A DNA stretch of 63,730 nucleotides, filler included, from Candidatus Woesearchaeota archaeon (GCA_018221205.1; 8 parts of 8 records of this genome joined end to end with filler, not necessarily neighbours in it); one strand, 5' to 3'; positions 40,632-48,818 are shown, numbered from the whole stretch's first letter. Notes: generated by a model from the letters alone, not told the origin. A program made the numbers and translations.

Positions 40632-40754
40632 CATCGGGCTTAAGGGAAGTTCGGTTTTGAGGCAACCCACACCAAAAAATTTGGGAGAAAAACGAATTTT
40701 GCTTGGCAAAATAGCGAAGCGGTCGTTTTGAACCCTTTAAGCCCTTTTAAGTTC
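40626..40754 (-). repeat. attC-like site 1 (R'' core mutated)
   Basis: Plus strand TAACATC-GGGCTTAAGGG...CCCTTTAAGCCC-TTTTAAGTTC; same arms as sites 2 and 3. Confidence 0.75.
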
Positions 40755-40920
40755 TTTGACCATACGAAGTGTGGTCAAATTTCGTCCGAAAAGTAAAATT
40801 TGGGTTCTATAATTTCGATCGAAGGGAGACTAAATGTGCGTAGCACTAGGGGTCTGAGAGTTCAATCTCCTGAGCGAATGCGATACATAAGGAACAAGAA
40901 TTAAGGGATAATTCCTCCAT

Positions 40921-41670
40921 TCATTTATTAGCAATCTTCCAAAATGTATCAAAATATTTTTTAAAACTTTCAACAGCACCCTTACTTTTAATACTAAATG
41001 CAATAGGATCTTTCATCCACAAAATCAAGATTACTGTATCATTATAGAAAAAAATGTGCATGTTTGTCATGAGATATTTGGGCAAGTAACGAATAACAGC
41101 TAGTTTAAATGTTTCTGGTTCAATATTCCCTTTAGTATCAAAATTAGCAAGCATTTTCACTTTTATTTTTTTCTTTGCCCTTTTAGAATGAAATAATCTA
41201 AAGAAAGGCCTTGAACCAAGTACATCTTTTTCATACATTGCACCCATTACATGATAAGATTCATTTTGATTTAATTCATCTAACATACCAAGCAATAAAT
41301 TTTTTATTGCTTTAAAACCATTATAAGTAACTGATTCTGGCGTACTATCTGAAGGAATAAGTTTCTCAATCTCAGGAAGCGATTTTTCAATTTCCTTTCT
41401 CTGAAACTCTAGTTTTTTTGTTTTCTCATCAATATAATCTAGAATTGCTTTCGGTTTCATCGCTTTGAAGTATTTTACCTTTCCCTTAATGATATGACCA
41501 ACCAGTCCTTTTTGTTCTAATCTGTAAAGAATTTTGTATATTTTGGAATAGGAAACTTTTGATTTTGTGGAAAGAATGCCTGTTTTAGTGGAGCCCAGTT
41601 CTATTAAAGAGAGGTAAACTCTAGTTTCTGCTTCTGTTAATCCTATATTCTCAAGTAATTTTGGGTTCAT
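40921..41670 (-). CDS. TrmB-family transcriptional regulator (cassette gene)
   Basis: IGLTEAETRVYLSL...KIYKILYRLEQKGLV; C-terminal YFDTFW. Confidence 0.88.
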   Translation of the reverse strand: MNPKLLENIGLTEAETRVYLSLIELGSTKTGILSTKSKVSYSKIYKILYRLEQKGLVGHIIKGKVKYFKAMKPKAILDYIDEKTKKLEFQRKEIEKSLPEIEKLIPSDSTPESVTYNGFKAIKNLLLGMLDELNQNESYHVMGAMYEKDVLGSRPFFRLFHSKRAKKKIKVKMLANFDTKGNIEPETFKLAVIRYLPKYLMTNMHIFFYNDTVILILWMKDPIAFSIKSKGAVESFKKYFDTFWKIANK

Positions 41671-41771
41671 AGAGTATAAGAAGCAATATCTGTATAAAAA
41701 GCTTTCTATAGACCCCCAAAGGGGTACATAAATATTATAAATTGGATGGACACTACTTAAGAATTAGAATA

Positions 41772-42296
41772 ATGGAACAAGATAAGGTAGGTAGTAGAAT
41801 GCAATCTCCTAGAGAACTCCTTAAAAATTTGGACTTTTTATGTCAACAAGCAAATATACTTACTGGTGTGTACATCTCTGTAGCAAGACAATTAACAAAT
41901 CCACATGTAAGAAAACAACCCTATTTAGTGGATTTCGCTCAAATTCCTCTTGAAGTAATTACAGCTACAGGTCCTGATTCTATTCCTTATACTGAATATT
42001 TATTGGGAAGAAATGCTGAAAGAGAGAATGTATCAGATACACCTGAGATAAAAACTGAAACAATGCCATTTGAACCAACTTTTTTTGATTATATAGTTAG
42101 TCAATTTGTAATGGCAAATCGACTAGGTGCAAGCCAAATTGTTGACAATTATATGAAACCATTGCGAGTAGCGAGGGATCACTATATTGAATCTAGGGCT
42201 GGATGGGTACCATCTTCTAAAGTTGATACGGCTGAAGTAGTTGGTATAGGAGAATTATTTGGAGATGCAACATTAGTCTATAAGGGTATTGAATAG
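41772..42296 (+). CDS. Hypothetical protein (cassette gene, divergent from TrmB)
   Basis: ORF with upstream TATA-like sequence; start uncertain. Confidence 0.6.
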   Translation: MEQDKVGSRMQSPRELLKNLDFLCQQANILTGVYISVARQLTNPHVRKQPYLVDFAQIPLEVITATGPDSIPYTEYLLGRNAERENVSDTPEIKTETMPFEPTFFDYIVSQFVMANRLGASQIVDNYMKPLRVARDHYIESRAGWVPSSKVDTAEVVGIGELFGDATLVYKGIE

Positions 42297-42407
42297 TAGT
42301 TTAGGAATTATCCCATTAACAATAAATTTCTTTTACAAAGTAAAAGACTATATGTGCGTAGCACCTCAGACCCCTTTTTTGTTTTTTTAGAACCCAAATT
42401 TTATTGA

Positions 42408-42491
42408 ACTTAACATCGGGATTAAGAGAAGTTGGCGTAGCCAATTTGGGAAAATTCCTGCAAGGGATTTTCCGGATAATCGCTGTTATAT
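42408..42491 (-). repeat. attC-like site 2
   Basis: Minus strand ATATAAC-AGCGATTA...TAATCCCGAT-GTTAAGT (R''...R' GTTRRRY), 84 bp, imperfect hairpin with unpaired bases. Confidence 0.85.
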
Positions 42492-42569
42492 GACCCGAAC
42501 GGAACGAAGTGGAGTGAGAGTGCAACGTGGCAAGGGAGCAAAGCGACCGCAGAGTTTAATTTTGTGCCG

Positions 42570-43745
42570 TTAAACACTAACTTTAATGTATCTCTCATCA
42601 ATCCTAAAAGCGATAGCACCTAGAACAATTATCCCTCCCATTACAATAAAAGAAAGAATTAAGTTTTCATTCGCTATTTTTCCTAATACTAATCTCATTA
42701 TTGCTAAATAGAAGGATACAATCATTGAAATTACAGACAGGACTGTTGCTCTATTATGGCTCTCAATATGGTCATTTTGGTATTGTGAGAATAAGGGATC
42801 TCTAAGACTACTTATTCCTCTAAGTAACATATACCAAATAAATGACATTATTGGTCCTATAAGAAATGCCATAGCTAAGTACAATAATCCCGGAAAGATG
42901 GTTGTTAAGAAAATGGTTTTTTTCATTCCTATTTTCTCTTCAATTTTATAAGCATATTTCATTAATAATGCACCTAAAATTGTACCACCTGCCATGGCTA
43001 CTCCCCAGATAACATTTGGAACTCCTGCATCTAAGAAGTAAGGTTGGAATAAAAACATAATAACGTGAGTAAAAGGAACTGTGAATAAAGAAAGATAAAT
43101 TATTTTTCTTAATGATTTATTTTTTAGAATGTGGGCGGTAGAGTCTTTGAATAAAATTAATGGGCTTACTTCTCTGATTTCTTTTTCACTTTTTGGTTCT
43201 TTAACAAATAAGGATATAATGAATGAAATTATTGCTCCAAATGTGAAAAGCCATAATAATAAAACAAAAGTTTTTGGTTCGTGACTTCTTGCGATGTAAC
43301 CACCCACGATTACAGCAATAACACTTGCAACCAATGAATATGAATTGATAGAACCCCAAGTTTTACTCATTAATTTTTCTTTCTTTTCATATTTTAATGA
43401 GTCATAAACAAGTGCTTCAACTGCTCCAGAACCAAAAGCAATTCCTATTCCAAATATAATCTCAATAAAGATAAATTCAAGATATGAAAATGCAAAGATT
43501 GCCCAGATATTTCCAATAATGTAAAGTAAAATTAAGAATGATAATGATAATTTTCTTCCAATTTTATCTGCAATTATTCCAGTTGGGACTTCTGAGAATA
43601 AAACAGCAATGATTAAGATTGCTTCAAGAGAGACAACTTGAAAGGTATCTAAACCTCTTGAGAAATAAAATAGTGTTAAAATTGGTGAGAAGAAAAATAG
43701 CGATTTGAAAAAATATATCAGTTTAAGTTTAGTAATGTTGTTCAC
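42570..43745 (-). CDS. MFS transporter (cassette gene)
   Basis: EVPTGIIADKIGRK, GSGAVEALVYDSL, RATVLS; ~12 TM; GTG start at 43745. Confidence 0.92.
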   Translation of the reverse strand: MNNITKLKLIYFFKSLFFFSPILTLFYFSRGLDTFQVVSLEAILIIAVLFSEVPTGIIADKIGRKLSLSFLILLYIIGNIWAIFAFSYLEFIFIEIIFGIGIAFGSGAVEALVYDSLKYEKKEKLMSKTWGSINSYSLVASVIAVIVGGYIARSHEPKTFVLLLWLFTFGAIISFIISLFVKEPKSEKEIREVSPLILFKDSTAHILKNKSLRKIIYLSLFTVPFTHVIMFLFQPYFLDAGVPNVIWGVAMAGGTILGALLMKYAYKIEEKIGMKKTIFLTTIFPGLLYLAMAFLIGPIMSFIWYMLLRGISSLRDPLFSQYQNDHIESHNRATVLSVISMIVSFYLAIMRLVLGKIANENLILSFIVMGGIIVLGAIAFRIDERYIKVSV

Positions 43746-43840
43746 ATATCCAGGAGGGATAATTGTATTTATATTAGTTTCTAAAAAAGGATTGATGAGA
43801 TTTAGAGTTACATAATTAAGTAGGCACAAAATTAAATTTC

Positions 43841-43982
43841 ATATAACATCGCGATTAAGGGAAGTTCAGTTTTCCTCGTGAGCGTAGCGAACAGAGCTGA
43901 AAACTGAATTTGGGAAATATTCGGGAAATCGCTTGGCGATTTAGCGTAAGCGACCGAATTTTCCGTTAAATGCCTGTTATAT
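43841..43982 (-). repeat. attC-like site 3
   Basis: Minus strand ATATAAC-AGGCATTTAA...TTAATCGCGAT-GTTATAT, 142 bp, branched variable centre. Confidence 0.82.
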
Positions 43983-44233
43983 TCTTTGACCCTACAACGT
44001 GGGGTCAAACCGCGTCCGCGGAGTTTTTGAATTGCTAATAAATCGAGGCGAAGCCGAGTCTATATGTGCGTAGCACNNNNNNNNNNNNNNNNNNNNNNNN
44101 NNNNNNNNNNNNNNNNNNNNTTAATTAATTAANNNNNNNNNNNNNNNNNNNNNNNNNNNNNNNNNNNNNNNNNNNNAAAGCTGCATATTCCATAAAAACA
44201 CTTAAATAGGAGTTCGTATATAAAATTGTTGAT

Positions 44234-44887
44234 ATGCACCCGATTGATATTATCCTAAAAAGGAGGTCTGTCAGAAAATTCAAGGACAAATTAGTTCCCT
44301 GGGATAATATCTATGCCATCATCAAGTGCGGTTTCTATGCTCCTGCTGCCGGCAATGTCCATTGCGTCAAATATATTGTTGTACGAGATCAGGCAAACAG
44401 GAATGCCATTGCAGATGCATGCCACAGCCAGTCATGGATCGCCGGGGCACCTGTTGTCATCTGCGTTATAGCAGAAGGCCACCATCTCAGAAGACATTAT
44501 GGAGTACGAGGGGAAAAGTTGTATACAATCCAGAATACTGCGGCCTCGATAGAGAACATGATCATCGCTGCTGAGTCCTTGGGATTATCTACCTGCTGGG
44601 TCGGGGCGTTTGATGAAGATAAATTACGTTCACTCCTATCCATGCCAGAAGATTCTAATGTGCATGCTGTCCTGCCCATAGGATTTCCAGATGAAAAGCC
44701 TAAAATCCCTTACAAACCATGGGTAAGAGGGAACATCTATCTAGAGAAATGGTGGAGTGGAAGCAAGAATCCACCTTTAGGCTATTATTCTCTGAACGTG
44801 ATGAAGTCAGTCAAAGGGGCCGAGGATTCTATCAAGAAAGTAGCCAGGAAGATTTTAGGTAAGGATTACAAGAGAAAGAAGAAGTGA
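44234..44887 (+). CDS. Nitroreductase family protein
   Basis: RRSVRKF, APAAGN, LGLSTCWVGAF, LPIGFP. Confidence 0.92.
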   Translation: MHPIDIILKRRSVRKFKDKLVPWDNIYAIIKCGFYAPAAGNVHCVKYIVVRDQANRNAIADACHSQSWIAGAPVVICVIAEGHHLRRHYGVRGEKLYTIQNTAASIENMIIAAESLGLSTCWVGAFDEDKLRSLLSMPEDSNVHAVLPIGFPDEKPKIPYKPWVRGNIYLEKWWSGSKNPPLGYYSLNVMKSVKGAEDSIKKVARKILGKDYKRKKK

Positions 44888-44891
44888 TTTT

Positions 44892-45260
44892 CTAAGGGAA
44901 GATGATGTCGCTACCATTAGAATCTGCCCTATAACGACGGGTTGCCTTTAGTTCTCCTTCTGTCTGGAGATGTTCTGAAACGTTTGCTGCTGGTAAGATC
45001 CCACTTTCGATTGTTTCAGTGGATTCTAATCGGACTCGTCCATCTCGACCTGGTAGTTCTCCAACGTAGACTAAGTCAGGGCCTGCTCCTGCAACGTAAG
45101 ATCTCCATAGTGAAAAAGTCCCTATTACTCTGCCACCTTGAAGTACTTCTCTTTTGCTACCATGATTACCTGAATCAATGATACGCTCAGTAAGGATACC
45201 ACTCATTCTATCAGCAAGAAATTGCGAGAATCTTGGTGCATGTGGTAAGCTGAATCCCAT
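44892..45260 (-). CDS. Hypothetical protein
   Basis: 122-aa ORF with upstream AT-rich promoter-like sequence. Confidence 0.55.
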   Translation of the reverse strand: MGFSLPHAPRFSQFLADRMSGILTERIIDSGNHGSKREVLQGGRVIGTFSLWRSYVAGAGPDLVYVGELPGRDGRVRLESTETIESGILPAANVSEHLQTEGELKATRRYRADSNGSDIIFP

Positions 45261-45311
45261 AATAGAGAAGAATGAAATTCGTCTTAAAAACCTTTCTAAA
45301 AAATAAAAAAA

Positions 45312-45420
45312 TCGCCTTCCAAAATCATTGGGGGTGGTTTAGGAAGGCGAGAGAATTCATCTCCCTAAGGAGGTGAGAATAAAGGCCTTCCGTAGCTGTT
45401 GGGGGTAGTTAAGGAAGGCC
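45312..45420. other. Twin related hairpins plus a central hairpin downstream of ftsZ
   Basis: TCGCCTTCC/GGAAGGCGA and GGCCTTCC/GGAAGGCC stems, each capped by TGGGG. Confidence 0.75.
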
Positions 45421-45432
45421 AAGAATAAATGA

Positions 45433-46500
45433 TTATTGAATCACCTCAATGCCGAGTTCTTCTTCGACTTTGACTTCCTGGATCACTGGCATTTCAAGAG
45501 GTGCACTTCCCAATATCCAAGGAGATTTGACACCGGTGATGATAGTCATCACCTGTATCTTTCCAGTCAAAGCTTCATCTACTCTGGCCCCCCAGATGAC
45601 ATTTGCATCGTCATCAAGGCTTTCGGTTATCAATTCGCCTGCTCTGTTGATATCTTCCAGAGTCATGTCAGGACCGCCACTTATGTGAATCAATGCGCCA
45701 GTCGCTCCTTTGTAATTGATATCAAGCAATGGGTTCTGGAGAGCTCCTTTGACAGCCTCATCTACCCTACTGGTCGTATCTGATATTCCTACTCCAATTG
45801 CAGCCACTCCGCCATTGGTCATGATTGCCCTCACATCTGCATAATCCAGATTCACTAATGAAGGGACTGCTATTGTCTCTACAATACCTTTGATCATTGT
45901 CGAGATCAATTCATTGGCCACTGCAAACGCCTGCTGGATAGGCAAATCACCAGCAATCTGCACAAGCCTATTATTATCTATCACAATTACGGTGTCGCAG
46001 CATTCTCTCAGCTTCCTCAAGCCAAATTCAGCTTTCTCCACCCTTGCTCTTTCAATCCTGAAAGGCATAGTTACGGTGCCTATTACTATAGATCCAGTAT
46101 CTTTTGCTGCCTTTGCGACCACTGGAGCAGAGCCTGTTCCTGTTCCGCCTCCCATGCCTGCGCAGACAAAGACCATATCAGAGCCTTTCAAGGCTTCTTT
46201 GATCTCTGGCAGTGATTCTTGTGCTGATTCATATCCTTTTTCTGGAAAGCCGCCACATCCTAATCCTTTGGTAACATCTTTTCCAATCAAGAATTTCCTA
46301 TCAGCATCGATCATATTCAGGTGCTGTTGATCTGTGTTGGTTGCGATGATCTCTGCTCCTTTGATACCTTTCTTATAGAGCCATCCCACCATATTATTAC
46401 CAGCACCGCCTGATCCTAATACCCTGATGCAAGCCTGCATTGGTTGTGCTTCTGTTGTTGTAGTTGTTTGCTTTAAGGCGCTTTCCACAATGAAATCCAT
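45433..46500 (-). CDS. ftsZ: Cell division protein FtsZ
   Basis: GGAGNN, tubulin signature GMGGGTGTG, NLDYADV, VIWGA. Confidence 0.97.
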   Translation of the reverse strand: MDFIVESALKQTTTTTEAQPMQACIRVLGSGGAGNNMVGWLYKKGIKGAEIIATNTDQQHLNMIDADRKFLIGKDVTKGLGCGGFPEKGYESAQESLPEIKEALKGSDMVFVCAGMGGGTGTGSAPVVAKAAKDTGSIVIGTVTMPFRIERARVEKAEFGLRKLRECCDTVIVIDNNRLVQIAGDLPIQQAFAVANELISTMIKGIVETIAVPSLVNLDYADVRAIMTNGGVAAIGVGISDTTSRVDEAVKGALQNPLLDINYKGATGALIHISGGPDMTLEDINRAGELITESLDDDANVIWGARVDEALTGKIQVMTIITGVKSPWILGSAPLEMPVIQEVKVEEELGIEVIQ

Positions 46501-46595
46501 TTTTTGTTCCCCCTTGGTTCTTCTTTTATAGTTTCTACTACCATAATCTTTATATAGTACTTAATCCACCTTCTACATTAAGAACAAGACACTCT

Positions 46596-46725
46596 GTCTG
46601 CGCCAACAGACGATTTCAAGGGTTTTTCGTTCGACTTCCATGCCAAGGAAGATTTTAACCACGCTTTTCGGGATTTAGAGCCCGTATAAACAAGTTTTTC
46701 GCCAAAAAAACTTTTTAACCACCGT
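46596..46725 (-). promoter_or_regulatory. Repeated hairpins with shared loop in the ftsZ upstream region
   Basis: Three stems of different sequence closing (C/T)GCCAA loops; BRE/TATA-like AGAAAGTTTTAAATA on minus strand near 46756-46770. Confidence 0.6.
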
Positions 46726-46843
46726 TCTAATTAGTATACATAATAGGTTAGCTTATATTTAAAACTTTCTATTAGAGATATCTCCAGATTTTGTTTTACC
46801 GACGATAAAAAGGTTTAAATAATGCTCTCAAGTTCTTTACTAC

Positions 46844-47575
46844 ATGACTTTGTATATGATAGGATTAGGCCTTAACGACGAGAAGGATATCACCCTTAAA
46901 GGACTTGAGGCTGTGAAGAAATGTGATTATCTTTATCTGGAACACTATACTTCTCTGCTTGACTGTTCTATAGGAGATCTTGAAAAGCTCTATGGAAAGA
47001 AGATCATCTTAGCTGATCGGGATATTGTCGAGAAGAATGCTGATGAAATTCTTACCAAGGCTAAAGAGAATGATGTTGCATTTCTGGTTGTAGGTGATGT
47101 TTTCTCAGCGACTACTCATATTGATTTCCTCACTCGAGCTAAAGATATGACTGTTAAGGTGGAGATCATCCACAATGCTTCTATCATCTCTGCTATTGGA
47201 GAACTGGGCTTGGAAGTGTATAAGTTTGGAAAGACGACCTCTATACCTTTCCATCATGAGAATGTAAAAGCACCTATCGAAGTGTATGAGATGAACTCCA
47301 AGAATGGATTACATACTCTTTTTTTGCTTGATTTAGACCCTAAATCTAACAAATTCCTAAGTATTAAGGAAGCAGCTGACTATCTCCTAAAGGGAGGGAT
47401 TGGAGAAGAGCAACTGACTATTGGCTGTTCTCGGCTAGGATCTCAAACAAGTATGATAAAAGCTGATTCTCTCAAGAAAATAGGGAAGCATGACTATGGA
47501 AAAGCCCCTTATTGCTTGATCATTCCTGGAAAATTGCACTTTGTTGAAGAGGAAGCGCTCACAAGATTTAAATAA
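46844..47575 (+). CDS. dph5: Diphthine synthase
   Basis: IGLGLNDEKDIT, VGDVFSATTH, YKFGKTTSIP, GLHTLFLLD, LHFVEEE. Confidence 0.95.
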   Translation: MTLYMIGLGLNDEKDITLKGLEAVKKCDYLYLEHYTSLLDCSIGDLEKLYGKKIILADRDIVEKNADEILTKAKENDVAFLVVGDVFSATTHIDFLTRAKDMTVKVEIIHNASIISAIGELGLEVYKFGKTTSIPFHHENVKAPIEVYEMNSKNGLHTLFLLDLDPKSNKFLSIKEAADYLLKGGIGEEQLTIGCSRLGSQTSMIKADSLKKIGKHDYGKAPYCLIIPGKLHFVEEEALTRFK

Positions 47576-47599
47576 AGGCTCTATTCCTTGTTCTAGCAT

Positions 47600-47705
47600 A
47601 GCCCCATAGTGTAGCGGTCAATCATCTCGGATTTTGGGTCCGAGGACCTCGGTTCAAATTGCTTGAAGGTCAATGCCTTCGGCATTGAAAGTCCGGGTGG
47701 GGCTA
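47600..47705 (+). tRNA. tRNA-Gln(UUG) with a 33-nt T-loop intron (47659-47691)
   Basis: AGCCCCA/TGGGGCT acceptor; TCGGA-TTTTGGG-TCCGA anticodon arm; removing the insert restores CTCGG-TTCAAAT-CCGGG. Confidence 0.92.
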
Positions 47706-47718
47706 TTTATTTTTCAGC

Positions 47719-48213
47719 GTGAGAGATATGTTAGAGTTTATCTGGGGACTAAAGACGGTTGCTATGTTCGATGTATGGACATTCGAGCACCTCCTGACAG
47801 GACTCTCTATCGGTATGGCTGTCAGGCTGCATAATCGACGGCATTTTCAGCGTCTTTTCCATTCAATAAGTAAATTCTTCAAGAATAAGGTCTCTTTGTG
47901 GAAAAAACACAGAAGCCATAAGACTGTTCTTCGGTTTGATCTTATCGTTGTCCTCTTTGTCGCTTACCTCTGGGAGGCTGTAGAGCACTATATGGAGACT
48001 GGTCTTCTTGGGGGCGCAGTAGAGTTCTGGTTCCAGGGCGTGGAAATATGGACCAATCGGCTTGTCGCTGATCCGCTTATGCTTGTTTTTGGGTATATGC
48101 TTGCTGTGAAGTACCCTTTCCTGGTGTGGCCAGCCAGGATACTCTCTTTATTATGGCTGATCACCCACATCTTTATATTTCCCCATAGCATGTATCTCCA
48201 TTATCTTTTCTAA
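47719..48213 (+). CDS. Integral membrane hypothetical protein
   Basis: DVWTFEH...WEAVEH...E...N...D pattern within TM helices. Confidence 0.7.
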   Translation: MRDMLEFIWGLKTVAMFDVWTFEHLLTGLSIGMAVRLHNRRHFQRLFHSISKFFKNKVSLWKKHRSHKTVLRFDLIVVLFVAYLWEAVEHYMETGLLGGAVEFWFQGVEIWTNRLVADPLMLVFGYMLAVKYPFLVWPARILSLLWLITHIFIFPHSMYLHYLF

Positions 48214-48284
48214 TTATTTCATTTATGAAATATCCTTTCAAAAATAAAAACATTTATATAAGAGCTTTATTCTAAGATATTTCA

Positions 48285-48818
48285 ATGGGGAACATCAAGC
48301 TATTGGAAGAGTTGTTCGATAAGAAAATCCTTCAGGTGATCAAGTTTTTCCTGAGCAACAAGGATAAGGAGTTCTATCTTCAGGAAATAGCCAACCATGT
48401 CCATGTGCCCATCGCCACTGTCTTCCGTATCATCAAGAAGCTGAAGACCCTGGGATTGGTTCAGGAAATCAGGATAAAAAAGTTCAAGCTGTATAGATGC
48501 AGCAAGAACGATAATGTAGAATTTCTTGAAGGTTTCATGAAAGAAGGGAGAAGGATCTTGGATAATTTTGTCCAGATGGCTGCTCAGATGCCTAGTGTAG
48601 AGCAGATCATCCTTCATGGTAAGGAGCAAGAGGATAAAGCGAACATTTTATTAATAGGGAGATCGATTGACCATAATGCTGTCAAGAGATTATGTGCTGC
48701 CATCAAAGAGCAATATCATTTCACTGTCACTGCATTGAGCCTTGAGCAGGTGCAGTATGAGCAGATGTCAGCGATGGGATTGTATGCTGGCAGCAAGAGA
48801 TCATTATTCAAGAGGTGA
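48285..48818 (+). CDS. Winged-helix protein with degenerate nucleotidyltransferase-like C-domain
   Basis: YLQEIA...PIATVFRIIKKL HTH; IILHG...ANILLIG. Confidence 0.75.
   Translation: MGNIKLLEELFDKKILQVIKFFLSNKDKEFYLQEIANHVHVPIATVFRIIKKLKTLGLVQEIRIKKFKLYRCSKNDNVEFLEGFMKEGRRILDNFVQMAAQMPSVEQIILHGKEQEDKANILLIGRSIDHNAVKRLCAAIKEQYHFTVTALSLEQVQYEQMSAMGLYAGSKRSLFKR

Noticed and set aside
40849..40880. tRNA 3'-half attachment site (GAGAGTTCAATCTC)
   Set aside because: T-loop is one base short, no acceptor stem follows, and the adjacent bases are explained by the cassette inverted repeat.
42316..42619. Short ORFs over the attC-like region (also 29300-29676)
   Set aside because: They overlie palindromic non-coding elements and have no protein-like features.
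46478..46544. Short ORF MVVETIKEE... upstream of ftsZ as a CdrS-like regulator
   Set aside because: Only 23 codons, overlapping the ftsZ start out of frame, with no RHH pattern.
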